Source: the human T2T-CHM13v2.0 reference genome, Homo sapiens
Assembly: GCF_009914755.1 (NCBI RefSeq)
Contig: NC_060940.1
Length of the DNA stretch: 64,000 nt
Strand: one strand, 5' to 3'
Part shown: piece by piece, positions 28,201-42,047 of the stretch
Numbering within the stretch: the first letter of the stretch is position 1
Layout of the letters: every line of letters begins with the position of its first letter
Program-made: the position numbers and the translations under genes
Notes under the pieces: model-generated
The model's database searches: none
What the model was told of the DNA's origin: nothing
Seen by the model: only the letters and a program-made list of their open reading frames with translations

Positions 28201-31200
28201 CATTCGACGATGATTCCATTCGATGTTATTCCATGATTCCATTCGATCTCATTCGATGATGATTCCATTCAACTCCATTCGATGTTTCCATTCGAGTTCA
28301 TTCTATTATTCCATTAGATTCCATTCGATGATGATTCCATTCGATTCCATTTGATGATTGCATTCTATTTCATTTGATGATGATTCCATTCGAGTCCACT
28401 CGATGATTCCATTCGAGTCCATTTAATGAATCCATTGGTTTCAATTCTATGATGATTACATTGGATTCCATTCGTTGATGATTTCATTCGGTTCCATTCA
28501 ATGATGATTCCATTCAATTCCTTTCAATGTTTCCATTCAATTCCATACGATGATGATTCCATTTGATTTGATTCGACAGTGAGCCATTCGATTCAATTCC
28601 ATGATGATTCTATTTGATTCAATTGGTTGACATTTCCATTCGATTCCATTCGATGATGATTCCCTTTGATTCCGTTCCAAGATGATTCCATTCTAGCCCA
28701 TTCAATCATTCCATTCGATTCTATTCAATGATGATTCCATTCATGTCGATTTGGTGATTCCATTTGACTTCATTTGATGATGATTCCTTTCAAGTTCATT
28801 AGATGATTCCATTCGATTCCATTTGATGATGATCCCATTCGAGTCCATTCAGTGATTCCATTCGTTTCCATTCCATGATGATTCCATTCCTTTCCATTCA
28901 ATGATTCCATTCGATTCCGTTTGATGATGATTTCATTCGAGTCCATTTGATGATTCCATTTGATTCCATTCGATGATGATTCCATTCGAGTCCATTCGAT
29001 GATTCTATTCGAATCCATTTGATGATTTCTTTTGATTATATTTGGTGATGATTCCATTGGAGTCCATTCAATGATTCCATTCTATTCCAATCGATGATGA
29101 TTCCATTAGAGTCCATTTAATGATTCCATTTGATTCCAGTCTCTGATGATTACATTCGAGTCCATACGATGATTCCACTCAATTCCATATGATGATGATT
29201 CCATTTGATTCCATTCGGTGATTCCATTCTATTCTATTCAATGGTGATTCCATTCGAGTACATTAGATGATTCCATTCGATTCCATTCAATGATGATTCT
29301 ATTTGTGTCCCTTAGATGATTCCACATGATTCCATTAGATGATGATACTATTTGAGCCCATCCAATGATTCCCTTCGATTCCATTCGATGAGGATTCCAT
29401 TCGATTCAATTCATTGGTGATTCTATTCAATTCAATTCTTTGATTCCATTCCATTCCATTCGACAATGATTCCATTCGATTTCTTTCGATGATTCCACTC
29501 GATTCCACTTGACATTGATTCCATTCGATTCCATTCAATGATTCCATTTGATTCCAGTGGATGATGATTGCCATCGATTCCATTCGATCACTCCATTCTA
29601 TTCCATTTGATGATGATTACATTCGATTCCATTTGATGATTCCATCTGATTCTATTCGAGGATTCCATTTGATTCCATTCGATGATGATTCCATTCGAGT
29701 CCATTCGATGATTTCATTCGAGTACATCCAATGATTCCATTCGAGTCCATTAGATGATTCCATTTGATTCCATTTGAAAATGATTCTACTAGAGTCCATT
29801 CAATGACTCCATTCGAGTCCATTCAACAATTCCATTCGACTCCATTCGATGATTCCATTCGATTCCATTTGATGGTTCCATTCGAGTCCATTTAATCATT
29901 ACAGTCGAGCCCATTTGTTGATTCCACTGGATTTCTTTTGATAATGATACCATTCAATTACATTTGATGATGATCCCATTCAACTTCATTTGATGATGAT
30001 TCCATTAGAGTCCATTCGATGATTTCATTCGAGTCCCTTCATTGATTCCATCCGATTTCATTGGATGATGACTCCATTCGAGTCCATTCGATGATTCCAC
30101 TCGATTCCATTAGATGACTCCATTGGAGTCCATTTGATTGTTCCATTCGATTCCATTCGATTCCTTTCGAAGATTATTCCATTTGAGTCCATTCGATGAT
30201 GATTCCATTCCATTCCATTCGATGATTCCGTTTGATTCCATTCGATGATTCCCTTCGATTCCTTTCTTTGATGATTCCATTCCATTCCATTCAATGATTC
30301 CATTCGAATCTATTCCATGATGATTCCTTTCGATTCCATTCGCTGATGTTTCCGTTCAATTCCATTCGATGATGATTCCATTCGATTCCATTCATTGAGG
30401 ATTCCATTTGATTCCATTCAATGATGATTCCATTCTATTCCATTCAATGATTGCATTCAATTCCATTCAATGATTATCCCCTTAGAGTAAACTCAACGAT
30501 TCCATTCAATACCATTCGATGATGATTCCTTTTGAGTCCATTCAATGATTTCATTCAAGTCCATTTGATGATTCCTTTCAATTCCATTCTATGATGATTC
30601 CATTCGAGTCCATTCGATGATTCCATTCGATTGCATTCGATGATTCCATTATATTCCATTTAACGGTGATTCCATTCGAGTCCATTCCATGATTCCATTA
30701 GAGTACATTTAATGATTGCTTTGTTTTCAATTCGAAGATGATTAAATTGGATTCCATTCTATGATACCATTCGATTCCATTCAATGATGATTCCACTCAA
30801 ATCCATTGGATGATTCCATTCGTGTCCATTCGGTGATTTCATTAGATTCCATTCGAGGATGATTCCATTCAATTCCATTCGATGATGATTCCATTCCAGT
30901 CCATATGATCATTCCATTTGATTTCATTCGATGATGATTCCATTCGATTCCATTCGATGATTCCATTCTATTCCATTCGATGATGATTCCATTCGAGTCC
31001 ATTCGATGATTCCATTCGAGTCCATTTAATGATTCCATTGGGTTCAATTCAATGATGATTACATTGGATTCCGTTCTATGATTCCATTCAATTCCGTTCA
31101 TTGACAATTTGATTCCATTCGATGATGATTCCATTTGAGTTCATTCGATGATTCTATTCGATTCTCTTTGATGGTGATTCAATTCTATTATATTGGATGA

Positions 31201-31372
31201 TTCCATTCGATTCCATTTGATGTTGATTCAATTCGATTCTATTCGATGATGATTCCATTGGATTTCACTTGATGATTCTATTCGATTCCATTCGATGATG
31301 ATTCACTTCTCGTCCATTGGATGATTCCATTTCATTCCATTCGATGATGATTCCATTCGATTCCATTCGATG
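25284..31372 (+). repeat. HOR unit 5 (6089 bp; same 23-bp deletion near 30865)
   Basis: Landmarks at 25301 and 31390; shares the deletion and several private substitutions with unit 4. Confidence 0.9.
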
Positions 31373-34300
31373 ATTCCATTTGATTCCATGCGACGGTGAG
31401 CAATTCGATTCAATTCCATGATGATTCTATTTGATTCAATTAGATGATGTTTCCATTCGAATCCATTCCATGATTATTCCATTGGAATCCATTCGGCGAT
31501 GATTCCATATGAGTCAATTCAATGATGATTCCATATGGGTCCGTTCGATGATAATTCCATTTGATTTCATTCGATGCTTCTATTCAATTCCAGTCGATGA
31601 TGATTCCGTTGGAGTCCATACGATGATTCCATTTGATTTCATTTGATGATGATTCCATTCGATGATGATTACATTGGATTCCATTCTATGATTCCATTCA
31701 ATTCCATTCGTTGATGATTCGATTCCATTCAATGATGATTCCATTTGAGTTCATTCGATGATTCTATTCGATTCCGTTCGATGGTGATTCAATTCTATTA
31801 TATTGGATGATTCCACTCGATTCCATTTGATGATTATTCCATTGGAGTCCACTTAGTGAATCCTTTAGATTCTACTCGACGATGATTCCATTCGAGTCCA
31901 TTCGATGATACCATTCAATTCCATTCATTGATGCTTCCATTCAAGTGCATTTGATGATATCATTCGATTCCATTTGATGATAATTCCATTTGATTCCATG
32001 CGATGATTCTATTCGATTCCATTCAATGATAATTCCATTCAATTCAGTGATTCCTCTGGACTCCATTTGATGATGATTCCATTCAATGATTCCATTCGAT
32101 TCTATTCGAAAATGATTCCATTTGAATCCATTTGATGATGATTCCATTAGATTCCATTTGATGATTCCATTCGATTCCATTCGACGATGATTCCATTCGA
32201 TTCCGTTTGATGATTCCATTCTATTCTATTCGATGATGATTCCATTCGATTCCATTCGATGATGATTGGATTCGATTCCATTTGATGATTTCATTTGATT
32301 CCATTCGTTAATGATTTCGATCAATTCCATTCGATGATTCCATTCGATTCCATTCGATAATGATTACATCCGAGTCCATTCGATGATTCCCTTTGAGCCT
32401 GTTCGATAATTCCATTTGAGTCCAACCAATGATTCCATTCATTTCCATTCAATGATTCCATTCGAGTCCATTTGATCATTCCGGTAGGGTCCATTCGATG
32501 TTGATTCCATTGGAGTGCATTCGATGATTCCATTCGAGTCCATTTTAGGATTTGATTCGAGTCCTTTCGATGATTCCAATCGATTCCACTCGATGATGAT
32601 TTCATTCGAGTCCATTCGACACTTCCAATCGATTCCATTTGATGATTCCATTCGAGTCCAATTGATGATTCCATTCAATTCCATTCGATGATGATTCCGT
32701 ACGATTCCATTCTGTGATGATTCCATGTGATTGCATTCAATGATGATTCCTTTCGATTGCATTCGATTATGATTCATTTCGTGTTCATTCTATGGTTCCA
32801 CAGGTTTCCATTCGTGTCCATTCCATTATTCCATTCTATTCCATTTGATGATGATTCCATTCGATTCCATTCATTGGTGATTCCACTCAATTCCATTCAA
32901 TGATTCCATTCCATTTCTTTCAACAATGATTCCATTAGTTTCTAATCGATGATCCACTTGATTCCATTTGACGACGATTCCATTCTTGTCCATTCGATGA
33001 TTCCATTTGATTCCATATGATGATGATTCCATTCGATTCCATACCATGATGATTCCATTCGAGTCCATTCAATGGTGATTCCATTCAATTCCATTCGATG
33101 ATTCCTTTTGATTCCATTCGATGATGATGGCATTCGATTCCTTTCAATCATTCCCTTTGATTCCATTCAAAGGTGATTTCATTCAAGTCCATTCGATAAT
33201 TGCATTCGATTCCATTCTATGATGATTCCATTCGAGTCCATTTGATGATTCCATTCAATTCAAGTCAATGATGATTCCATTCGATTCCATTCGATGATTC
33301 CATTGGATTCCATTCGATGATGATTCCATTCAAATCCATTCGATAATTCAATTCAAGTCCATTCGATGATGATTCCAATCGAATCCATTCAAAGATTCCA
33401 TTCAGTTCCATTCGATGATTCCCTTAGATTCCATTCGATGATTCCACTTGATTGCATTTACGATGATTCCATTCGATTCCATGTGATGATTCCATTCAAT
33501 TCTATTCAATGATGTCTCCATTTGATTCCATTCGACCATGATTGCCTTTGATTCCATTCAATGATTCCATTCGGTTCCGTTTGATGATGATTCCGTTCGA
33601 TTCCATTTGATGATTCCATTGGATTCCATTGGATGAGTCCATTCGATTACATTCGATGATTATTCCATTCGAGTGCATTAGATGATTCCATTCGAGTCCA
33701 TTCGATGATTCCATTCGATTCCATTCGATGTTGATTCTGTTCAAATCCATTCGATGATTCCACTCGATTCCATTCGTTGACTCCATTTGATCCCATTCGA
33801 TGATTTCCTTTGATTCCCTTTGATGATCATTCCATTTGATTCAATTCGGTGATTTCATTTGATTCCATTCAGTGATGTTTCCATTCGACTCCATTCGATG
33901 ATGATTCCATTCGACTCCATTCGATTATGATTTCATTCAATTCCATTCGATAATGATTCCCTTCGAGTCCATTCGATGATTCCATTCGATTCCATTCAAC
34001 GATGATTTGATTCGTGTCCATTCGATGATTCCATTTGATTCCACTTGATGATGATTCCATTCGAGTCCATTTGATGATTCCATTCAATTCCATACTCCGA
34101 TGATTTCTTTTGAGCCCACTCAATGCTTCCACTCGATTCCATATGATGATGACTCCATTCGATGAAATTCGATGATGATTCCATTCGCTTGCTTTCGATG
34201 ATGATTCCACTTGAGTCCGTTAGAAGATTCTATTCAATTACATTCCAGGACGATTCCGTTCGAGTCCATTTGATGATTCCATTAGACTCCATTCGACGAT

Positions 34301-37300
34301 GATTCCATTCGATGTTATTCGATGATTCCATTCGATCTCATTCGATGATGATTCCATTCAACTCCATTCGATGTTTCCATTCGAGTTCATTCCATTATTC
34401 CATTAGATTCCATTCGATGATGATTCCATTCGATTCCATTTGATGATTGCATTCTATTTCATTTGATGATGATTCCATTCGAGTCCACTCGATGATTCCA
34501 TTCGAGTCCATTTAATGAATCCATTGGTTTCAATTCTATGATGATTACATTGGATTCCATTCGTTGATGATTTCATTCGGTTCCATTCAATGATGATTCC
34601 ATTCAATTCCTTTCAATGTTTCCATTCAATTCCATACGATGATGATTCCATTTGATTTGATTCGACAGTGAGCCATTCGATTCAATTCCATGATGATTCT
34701 ATTTGATTCCATTGGTTGACATTTCCATTCGATTCCATTCGATGATGATTCCCTTTGATTCCGTTCAAAGATGATTCCATTCTAGCCCATTCAATCATTC
34801 CATTCGATTCTATTCAATGATGATTCCATTCATGTCGATTTGGTGATTCCATTTGACTTCATTTGATGATGATTCCTTTCAAGTTCATTAGATGATTCCA
34901 TTCGATTCCATTTGATGATGATCCCATTCGAGTCCATTCAGTGATTCCATTCGTTTCCATTCCATGATGATTCCATTCCTTTCCATTCAATGATTCCATT
35001 CGATTCCGTTTGATGATGATTTCATTCGAGTCCATTTGATGATTCCATTTGATTCCATTCGATGATGATTCCATTCGAGTCCATTCGATGATTCTATTCG
35101 AATCCATTTGATGATTTCTTTTGATTATATTTGGTGATGATTCCATTGGAGTCCATTCAATGATTCCATTCTATTCCAATCGATGATGATTCCATTAGAG
35201 TCCATTTAATGATTCCATTTGATTCCAGTCTCTGATGATTACATTCGAGTCCATACGATGATTCCACTCAATTCCATATGATGATGATTCCATTCGATTC
35301 CATTCGGTGATTCCATTCTATTCTATTCAATGGTGATTCCATTCGAGTACATTAGATGATTCCATTCGATTCCATTCAATGATGATTCTATTTGTGTCCC
35401 TTAGATGATTCCACATGATTCCATTAGATGATGATACTATTTGAGCCCATCCAATGATTCCCTTCGATTCCATTCGATGAGGATTCCATTCGATTCATTT
35501 CATTGGTGATTCTATTCAATTCAATTCTTTGATTCCATTCCATTCCATTCGACAATGATTCCATTCGATTTCTTTCGATGATTCCACTCGATTCCACTTG
35601 ACATTGATTCCATTCGATTCCATTCAATGATTCCATTTGATTCCAGTGGATGATGATTGCCATCGATTCCATTCGATCACTCCATTCTATTCCATTTGAT
35701 GATGATTACATTCGATTCCATTTGATGATTCCATCTGATTCTATTCGAGGATTCCATTTGATTCCATTCGATGATGATTCCATTCGAGTCCATTCGATGA
35801 TTTCATTCGAGTACATCCAATGATTCCATTCGAGTCCATTAGATGATTCCATTTGATTCCATTTGAAAATGATTCTACTAGAGTCCATTCAATGACTCCA
35901 TTCGAGTCCATTCAACAATTCCATTCGACTCCATTCGATGATTCCATTCGATTCCATTTGATGGTTCCATTCGAGTCCATTTAATCATTACAGTCGAGTC
36001 CATTTGGTGATTCCACTGGATTTCTTTTGATAATGATACCATTCAATTACATTTGATGATGATCCCATTCAATTTCATTTGATGATGATTCCATTAGAGT
36101 CCATTCGATGATTTCATTCGAGTCCCTTCATTGATTCCATCCGATTTCATTGGATGATGACTCCATTCGAGTCCATTCGATGATTCCACTCGATTCCATT
36201 AGATGATTCCATTGGAGTCCATTTGATTGTTCCATTCGATTCCATTCGATTCCTTTCGAAGATTATTCCATTTGAGTCCATTCGATGATGATTCCATTCC
36301 ATTCCATTCGATGATTCCGTTTGATTCCATTCGATGATTCCCTTCGATTCCTTTCTTTGATGATTCCATTCCATTCCATTCAATGATTCCATTCGAATCT
36401 ATTCCATGATGATTCCTTTCGATTCCATTCGATGATGTTTCCGTTCAATTCCATTCGATGATGATTCCATTCGATTCCATTCATTGAGGATTCCATTTGA
36501 TTCCATTCAATGATGATTCCATTTTATTCCATTCAATGATTGCATTCAATTCCATTCAATGATTATCCCATTAGAGTAAACTCAACGATTCCATTCAATA
36601 CCATTCGATGATGATTCCTTTTGAGTCCATTCAATGATTTCATTCAAGTCCATTTGATGATTCCTTTCAATTCCATTCTATGATGATTCCATTCGAGTCC
36701 ATTCGATGATTCCATTCGATTGCATTCGATGATTCCATTATATTCCATTCAACGGTGATTCCATTCGAGTCCATTCCATGATTCCATTAGAGTACATTTA
36801 ATGATTGCTTTGTTTTCAATTCGAAGATGATTACATTGGATTGCATTCTATGATACCATTCGATTCCATTCAATGATGATTCCACTCAAATCCATTGGAT
36901 GATTCCATTCGTGTCCATTCGGTGATTTCATTAGATTCCATTCGAGGATGATTCCATTCGATTCCATTCGATGATTCCATTCAATTCCATTCGATGATGA
37001 TTCCATTCCAGTCCATATGATCATTCCATTTGATTTCATTCGATGATGATTCCATTCGATTCCATTCGATGATTCCATTCTATTCCATTCGATGATGATT
37101 CCATTCGAGTCCATTCGATGATTCCATTCGAGTCCATTTAATGATTCCATTGGGTTCAATTCAATGATGATTACATTGGATTCCGTTCTATGATTCCATT
37201 CAATTCCGTTCATTGACAATTTGATTCCATTCGATGATGATTCCATTTGAGTTCATTCGATGATTCTATTCGATTCTCTTCGATGGTGATTCAATTCTAT

Positions 37301-37484
37301 TATATTGGATGATTCCATTCGATTCCATTTGATGTTGATTCAATTCGATTCTATTCGATGATGATTCCATTGGATTTCACTTGATGATTCTATTCGATTC
37401 CATTCAATGATGATTCACTTCTCGTCCATTGGATGATTCCATTTCATTCCATTCGATGATGATTCCATTCGATTCCATTCGATG
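31373..37484 (+). repeat. HOR unit 6 (6112 bp)
   Basis: Landmarks at 31390 and 37502. Confidence 0.92.
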
Positions 37485-40216
37485 ATTCCATTTGATTCCA
37501 TGCGACGGTGAGCAATTCGATTCAATTCCATGATGATTCTATTTGATTCAATTAGATGATGTTTCCATTCGAATCCATTCCATGATTATTCCATTGGAAT
37601 CCATTCGGCGATGATTCCATATGAGTCAATTCAATGATGATTCCATATGGGTCCGTTCGATGATAATTCCATTTGATTTCATTCGATGCTTCTATTCTAT
37701 TCCAGTCGATGATGATTCCGTTGGAGTCCATACGATGATTCCATTTGATTTCATTTGATGATGATTCCATTCGATGATGATTACATTGGATTCCATTCTA
37801 TGATTCCATTCAATTCCATTCGTTGATGATTCGATTCCATTCAATGATGATTCCATTTGAGTTCATTCGATGATTCTATTCGATTCCGTTCGATGGTGAT
37901 TCAATTCTCTTATATTGGATGATTCCACTCGATTCCATTTGATGATTATTCCATTGGAGTCCACTTAGTGAATCCTTTAGATTCTACTCGAGGATGATTC
38001 CATTCGAGTCCATTCAATGATACCATTCAATTTCATTCGTTGATGCTTCCATTCAAGTGCATTCGATGATATCATTTGATTCCATTTGATGATAATTCCA
38101 TTTCATTCCATGCGATGATTCTATTCGATTCCATTCAATGATAATTCCATTCAATTCAGTGATTCCTCTGGACTCCATTTGATGATGATTCCATTCAATG
38201 ATTCCATTCGATTCTATTCCAATATGATTCCATTTGAATCCATTTGATGATGATTCCATTAGATTCCATTTGATGATTCCATTCGATTCCATTTGACGAT
38301 GATTCCATTCGATTCCATTTGATGATTCCATTCTATTCTATTCGATGATGATTCCATTCGATTCCATTTGATGATGATTGGATTCGATTCCATTTGATGA
38401 TTTCATTTGATTCCATTCGTTAATGATTTCGATCAACTCCATTCGATGATTCCATTTGATTCCATTCGATAATGATTACATCCGAGTCCATTCGATGATT
38501 CCATTTGAGCCCGTTCGATAATTCCATTTGAGTCCAATCAATGATTCCATTCATTTCCATTCAATGATTCCATTCGAGTCCATTTGATCATTCTGGTAGG
38601 GTCCGTTCGATGTTGATTCCATTGGAGTGCATTCGATGATTCCATTCGAGTCCATTTTATGATTTGATTCGAGTCCTTTCGATGATTCCATTCGATTCCA
38701 CTCGATGATGATTTCATTCGAGTCCATTCGACACTTCCAATCGATTCCATTTGATGTTTCCATTCGAGTCCAATTGATGATTCCATTCAATTCCATTCGA
38801 TGATGATTCCGTACGATTCCATTCTGTGATGATTCCATGTGATTGCATTCAATGATGATTCCTTTCGATTGCATTCGATTATGATTCATTTCGTGTTCAT
38901 TCTATGGTTCCACAGGTTTCCATTCGATGACGTTTCCGTTCGTGTCCATTCCATTATTCCATTCTATTTCATTTGATGATGATTCCATTCGATTCCATTC
39001 ATTGGTGATTCCACTCAATTCCATTCAATGATTCCATTCCATTTCTTTCAACAATGATTCCCTTAGTTTCTATTCGATGATCCACTTGATTCCATTTGGC
39101 GATGATTCCATTCGTGTCCATTTGATGATTCCATTTGATTCCATATGATGATGATTCCATTCGATTCCATACCATGATGATTCCATTCGAGTCCATTCAA
39201 TGGTGATTCCATTCAATTCCATTCGATGATTCCTTCCGATTCCATTCGATGATGATGGCATTCGATTCCTTTCAATCATTCCCTTTGATTCCATTCAAAG
39301 GTGATTTCATTCAAGTCCATTCGATAATTGCATTCGATTCCATTCTATGATGATTCCATTCGAGTCCATTTGATGATTCCATTCAATTCAAGTCAATGAT
39401 GATTCCATTCGATTCCACTCGATGATTCCTTTGGATTCCATTCGATGATGATTCCATTCAAATCCATTCGATAATTCAATTCAAGTCCATTCGATGATGA
39501 TTCCAATCGAATCCATTCAAAGATTCCATTCAATTCCATTCGATGATGATTCCCTTAGATTCCATTCGATGATTCCACTTGATTCCATTTACGATGATTC
39601 CATTCGATTCCATGTGATGAATCCATTCAATTCTATTCAATGATGTTTCCATTTGATTCCATTGGACCATGATTGCCTTTGATTCCATTCAATGATTCCA
39701 TTCGGTTCCATTTGATGATGATTCCGTTCGATTCCATTTCATTATTCCATTTGATTCCATTGGATGAGTCCATTCGATTACATTCGATGATTATTCCATT
39801 CGAGTGCATTAGATGATTGCATTCGAGTCCATTCGATGATTCCATTCGATTCCATTCGATGTTGATTCTGTTCAAATCCATTCGATGATTCCACTCGATT
39901 CCATTCGATGACTCCATTTGATCCCATTCGATGATTTCCTTTGATTCCCTTTGATGATCATTCTATTTGATTCAATTCGGTGATTTCATTTCATTCCATT
40001 CAGTGATGTTTCCATTCGACTGTATTCGATGATGATTCCATTCGACTCCATTCGATTATGATTTCATTCAATTCCATTCAATAATGATTCCCTTCGAGTC
40101 CATTCGATGATTCCATTCGATTCCATTCAACGATGATTTGATTCGTTTCCATTCGATGATTCCATTTGATTCCACTTGATGATGATTCCATTCGAGTCCA
40201 TTTGATGATTCCATTC
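37485..40216 (+). repeat. Truncated HOR unit 7 (unit positions 1 to ~2715, divergent variant with +16 and +3 bp)
   Basis: Collinear with unit 1 until ...GAGTCCATTTGATGATTCCATTC at ~40216; extra ATGACGTTTCCGTTCG at ~38927 and extra GAT at ~39545. Confidence 0.85.
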
Positions 40217-42047
40217 GAGTCTATTTATGTATTATATTCGTGTCCACTTCATGATTCCATTCAATTCCATTTAATGTTGATTCCATTTGATTCCATTTGA
40301 TGATTCAGTTCGATTCCTTGCAATGATTCCCTACGATTCCTTTCTCTGATGATTCCATTCGATTCCATTCATTGATGATTTCATTCGACTCCATTCGATG
40401 ATGATTCCTTTCGATTCCATTTGACGATGTTTCCATTCGAGTCCATTCGATGATGATTCTATTCAATTCTGTTCTATTATGATTCCATTCGATTTCATTC
40501 AATGCTTCTATTTGATTCCATTCGATGATGATTCCATCTCTTTCCCTTCGATGATTCCATTTGATTCCATTCAGTGATGTTTCCATTTGATTCCATCTGA
40601 TGATGATTTCACTTGATTCCTTTCAATGATGATTCAATTCAAGTCCATTCGATGATTCCATTGGAGTCCAAACGATCATTCCGTTCGATTCCATTCAATG
40701 GTGATTCCATTCATGTCCATTCGATGAATCCATTCAATTCCATTCGATGATGACTCCATTCGAGTACATTCGATGATTCCATTTGATTCCATTTGAAGAT
40801 GATTCCATTCAATTCCATTCGAAGATGATTCCATTCAATTCCATTCAATGATGATTCCGTATGAATCCATTCTCTGATTATTCCATTCGATTCCATTCAT
40901 TGACGATTCCATTCAATTCCATTCAATGATGATTCTCTTCTATTCCATTCGATGATTCCGGTCGATTCCATTCGATGATGATTCCATTAGATTCCATTCG
41001 ATTGTTGCATTCGATTCCCTTCGATGATGATTCCTTTGAATTCCATTCGATTATCATTCCGTATGAATCCATTTGATGATTATTCCATTGGATTCCTTTC
41101 AATGATGATTCCATTCGATTCCATTTGATGATGTTTCTCTTGTATTCCACTGGATAATTCCTTTCAGTTCCCTTCGATGATTATTCTTTCGAGTCAATTC
41201 GATGATTCTATTCCATTCCCTTCGATGATGATTCCATTTCACTCCATTTGATGATTCCATTCGACTCAATTTGGTGATGATTCAATTCGATGACATTCGA
41301 TGACTCCATTCAATTTCATTTGATGATGATTACATTCGAGTCCATTTGATGATTGTATTCCTTTCCTTTTGATGATTATTCCATTCGTGTCTATTCAAAG
41401 GTTCCATTCTATTCCATTCAATGATGATTGCATTTGATTCCATTCAATGATTATGGCTATCGATTCCACTCGTTGATTCCATTTGATTCCGTTCGATGAT
41501 TATTCCGTTAGATTCCATTAGAAGACTCCATTCGATTTTATTCAATGATTCCAATGGATTCCATTCAATGATGATTCCATTCGACTCCATTCAGTGATTC
41601 CATTCGAGTCCATTTGATGATTCCATTCTTTTCCATTTGATGATGATTCCATTAGGGTCCATTCAATGATTCCATTCGAGTCCATTCGTTAATGCTTTTC
41701 GAGTCCTTTTGATCACTACATTCGAGTCCATTCAATGATTCTATTCGATTCCATTCCATGATGATTCCATTCGAGTTCATTCGATGATTGCATTCGAGTC
41801 CATTTGATGATTCCATATGATTCCCTTCGACAATGATTCCATTCGTGTCCATTTGATGATTCCATTCATTTCCTATCGATGAAGATTCCGTTCGAGTGTA
41901 TTCGATGATTCCATTCAAATCCATTCGATGATGATTCCATTCCAGTCCATTCGATCATTCCACTTGATTCCATTTGATGACTATTCCATTCAAATCCATT
42001 TGATGATTCCATTCGATTCCATTCGATGTTACCATTCGAGTATATAC
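40217..42047 (+). repeat. ~1.83-kb divergent HSat2 segment that is not part of the 6.1-kb HOR
   Basis: Still CATTC-based but contains k-mers I did not see elsewhere (CTATTTATGTATTATATTCG, CCCTACGATTCC, GGAGTCCAAACGATC, TTATGGCTATCG, GAGTATATACG). ORF translations here (40305-41924) do not recur. Confidence 0.85.

Noticed and set aside
40217-42047. Possible transposon or retro-insertion
   Set aside because: The segment is itself CATTC satellite, with no poly(A) tail, terminal repeats, target-site duplication or Alu/L1-like sequence.
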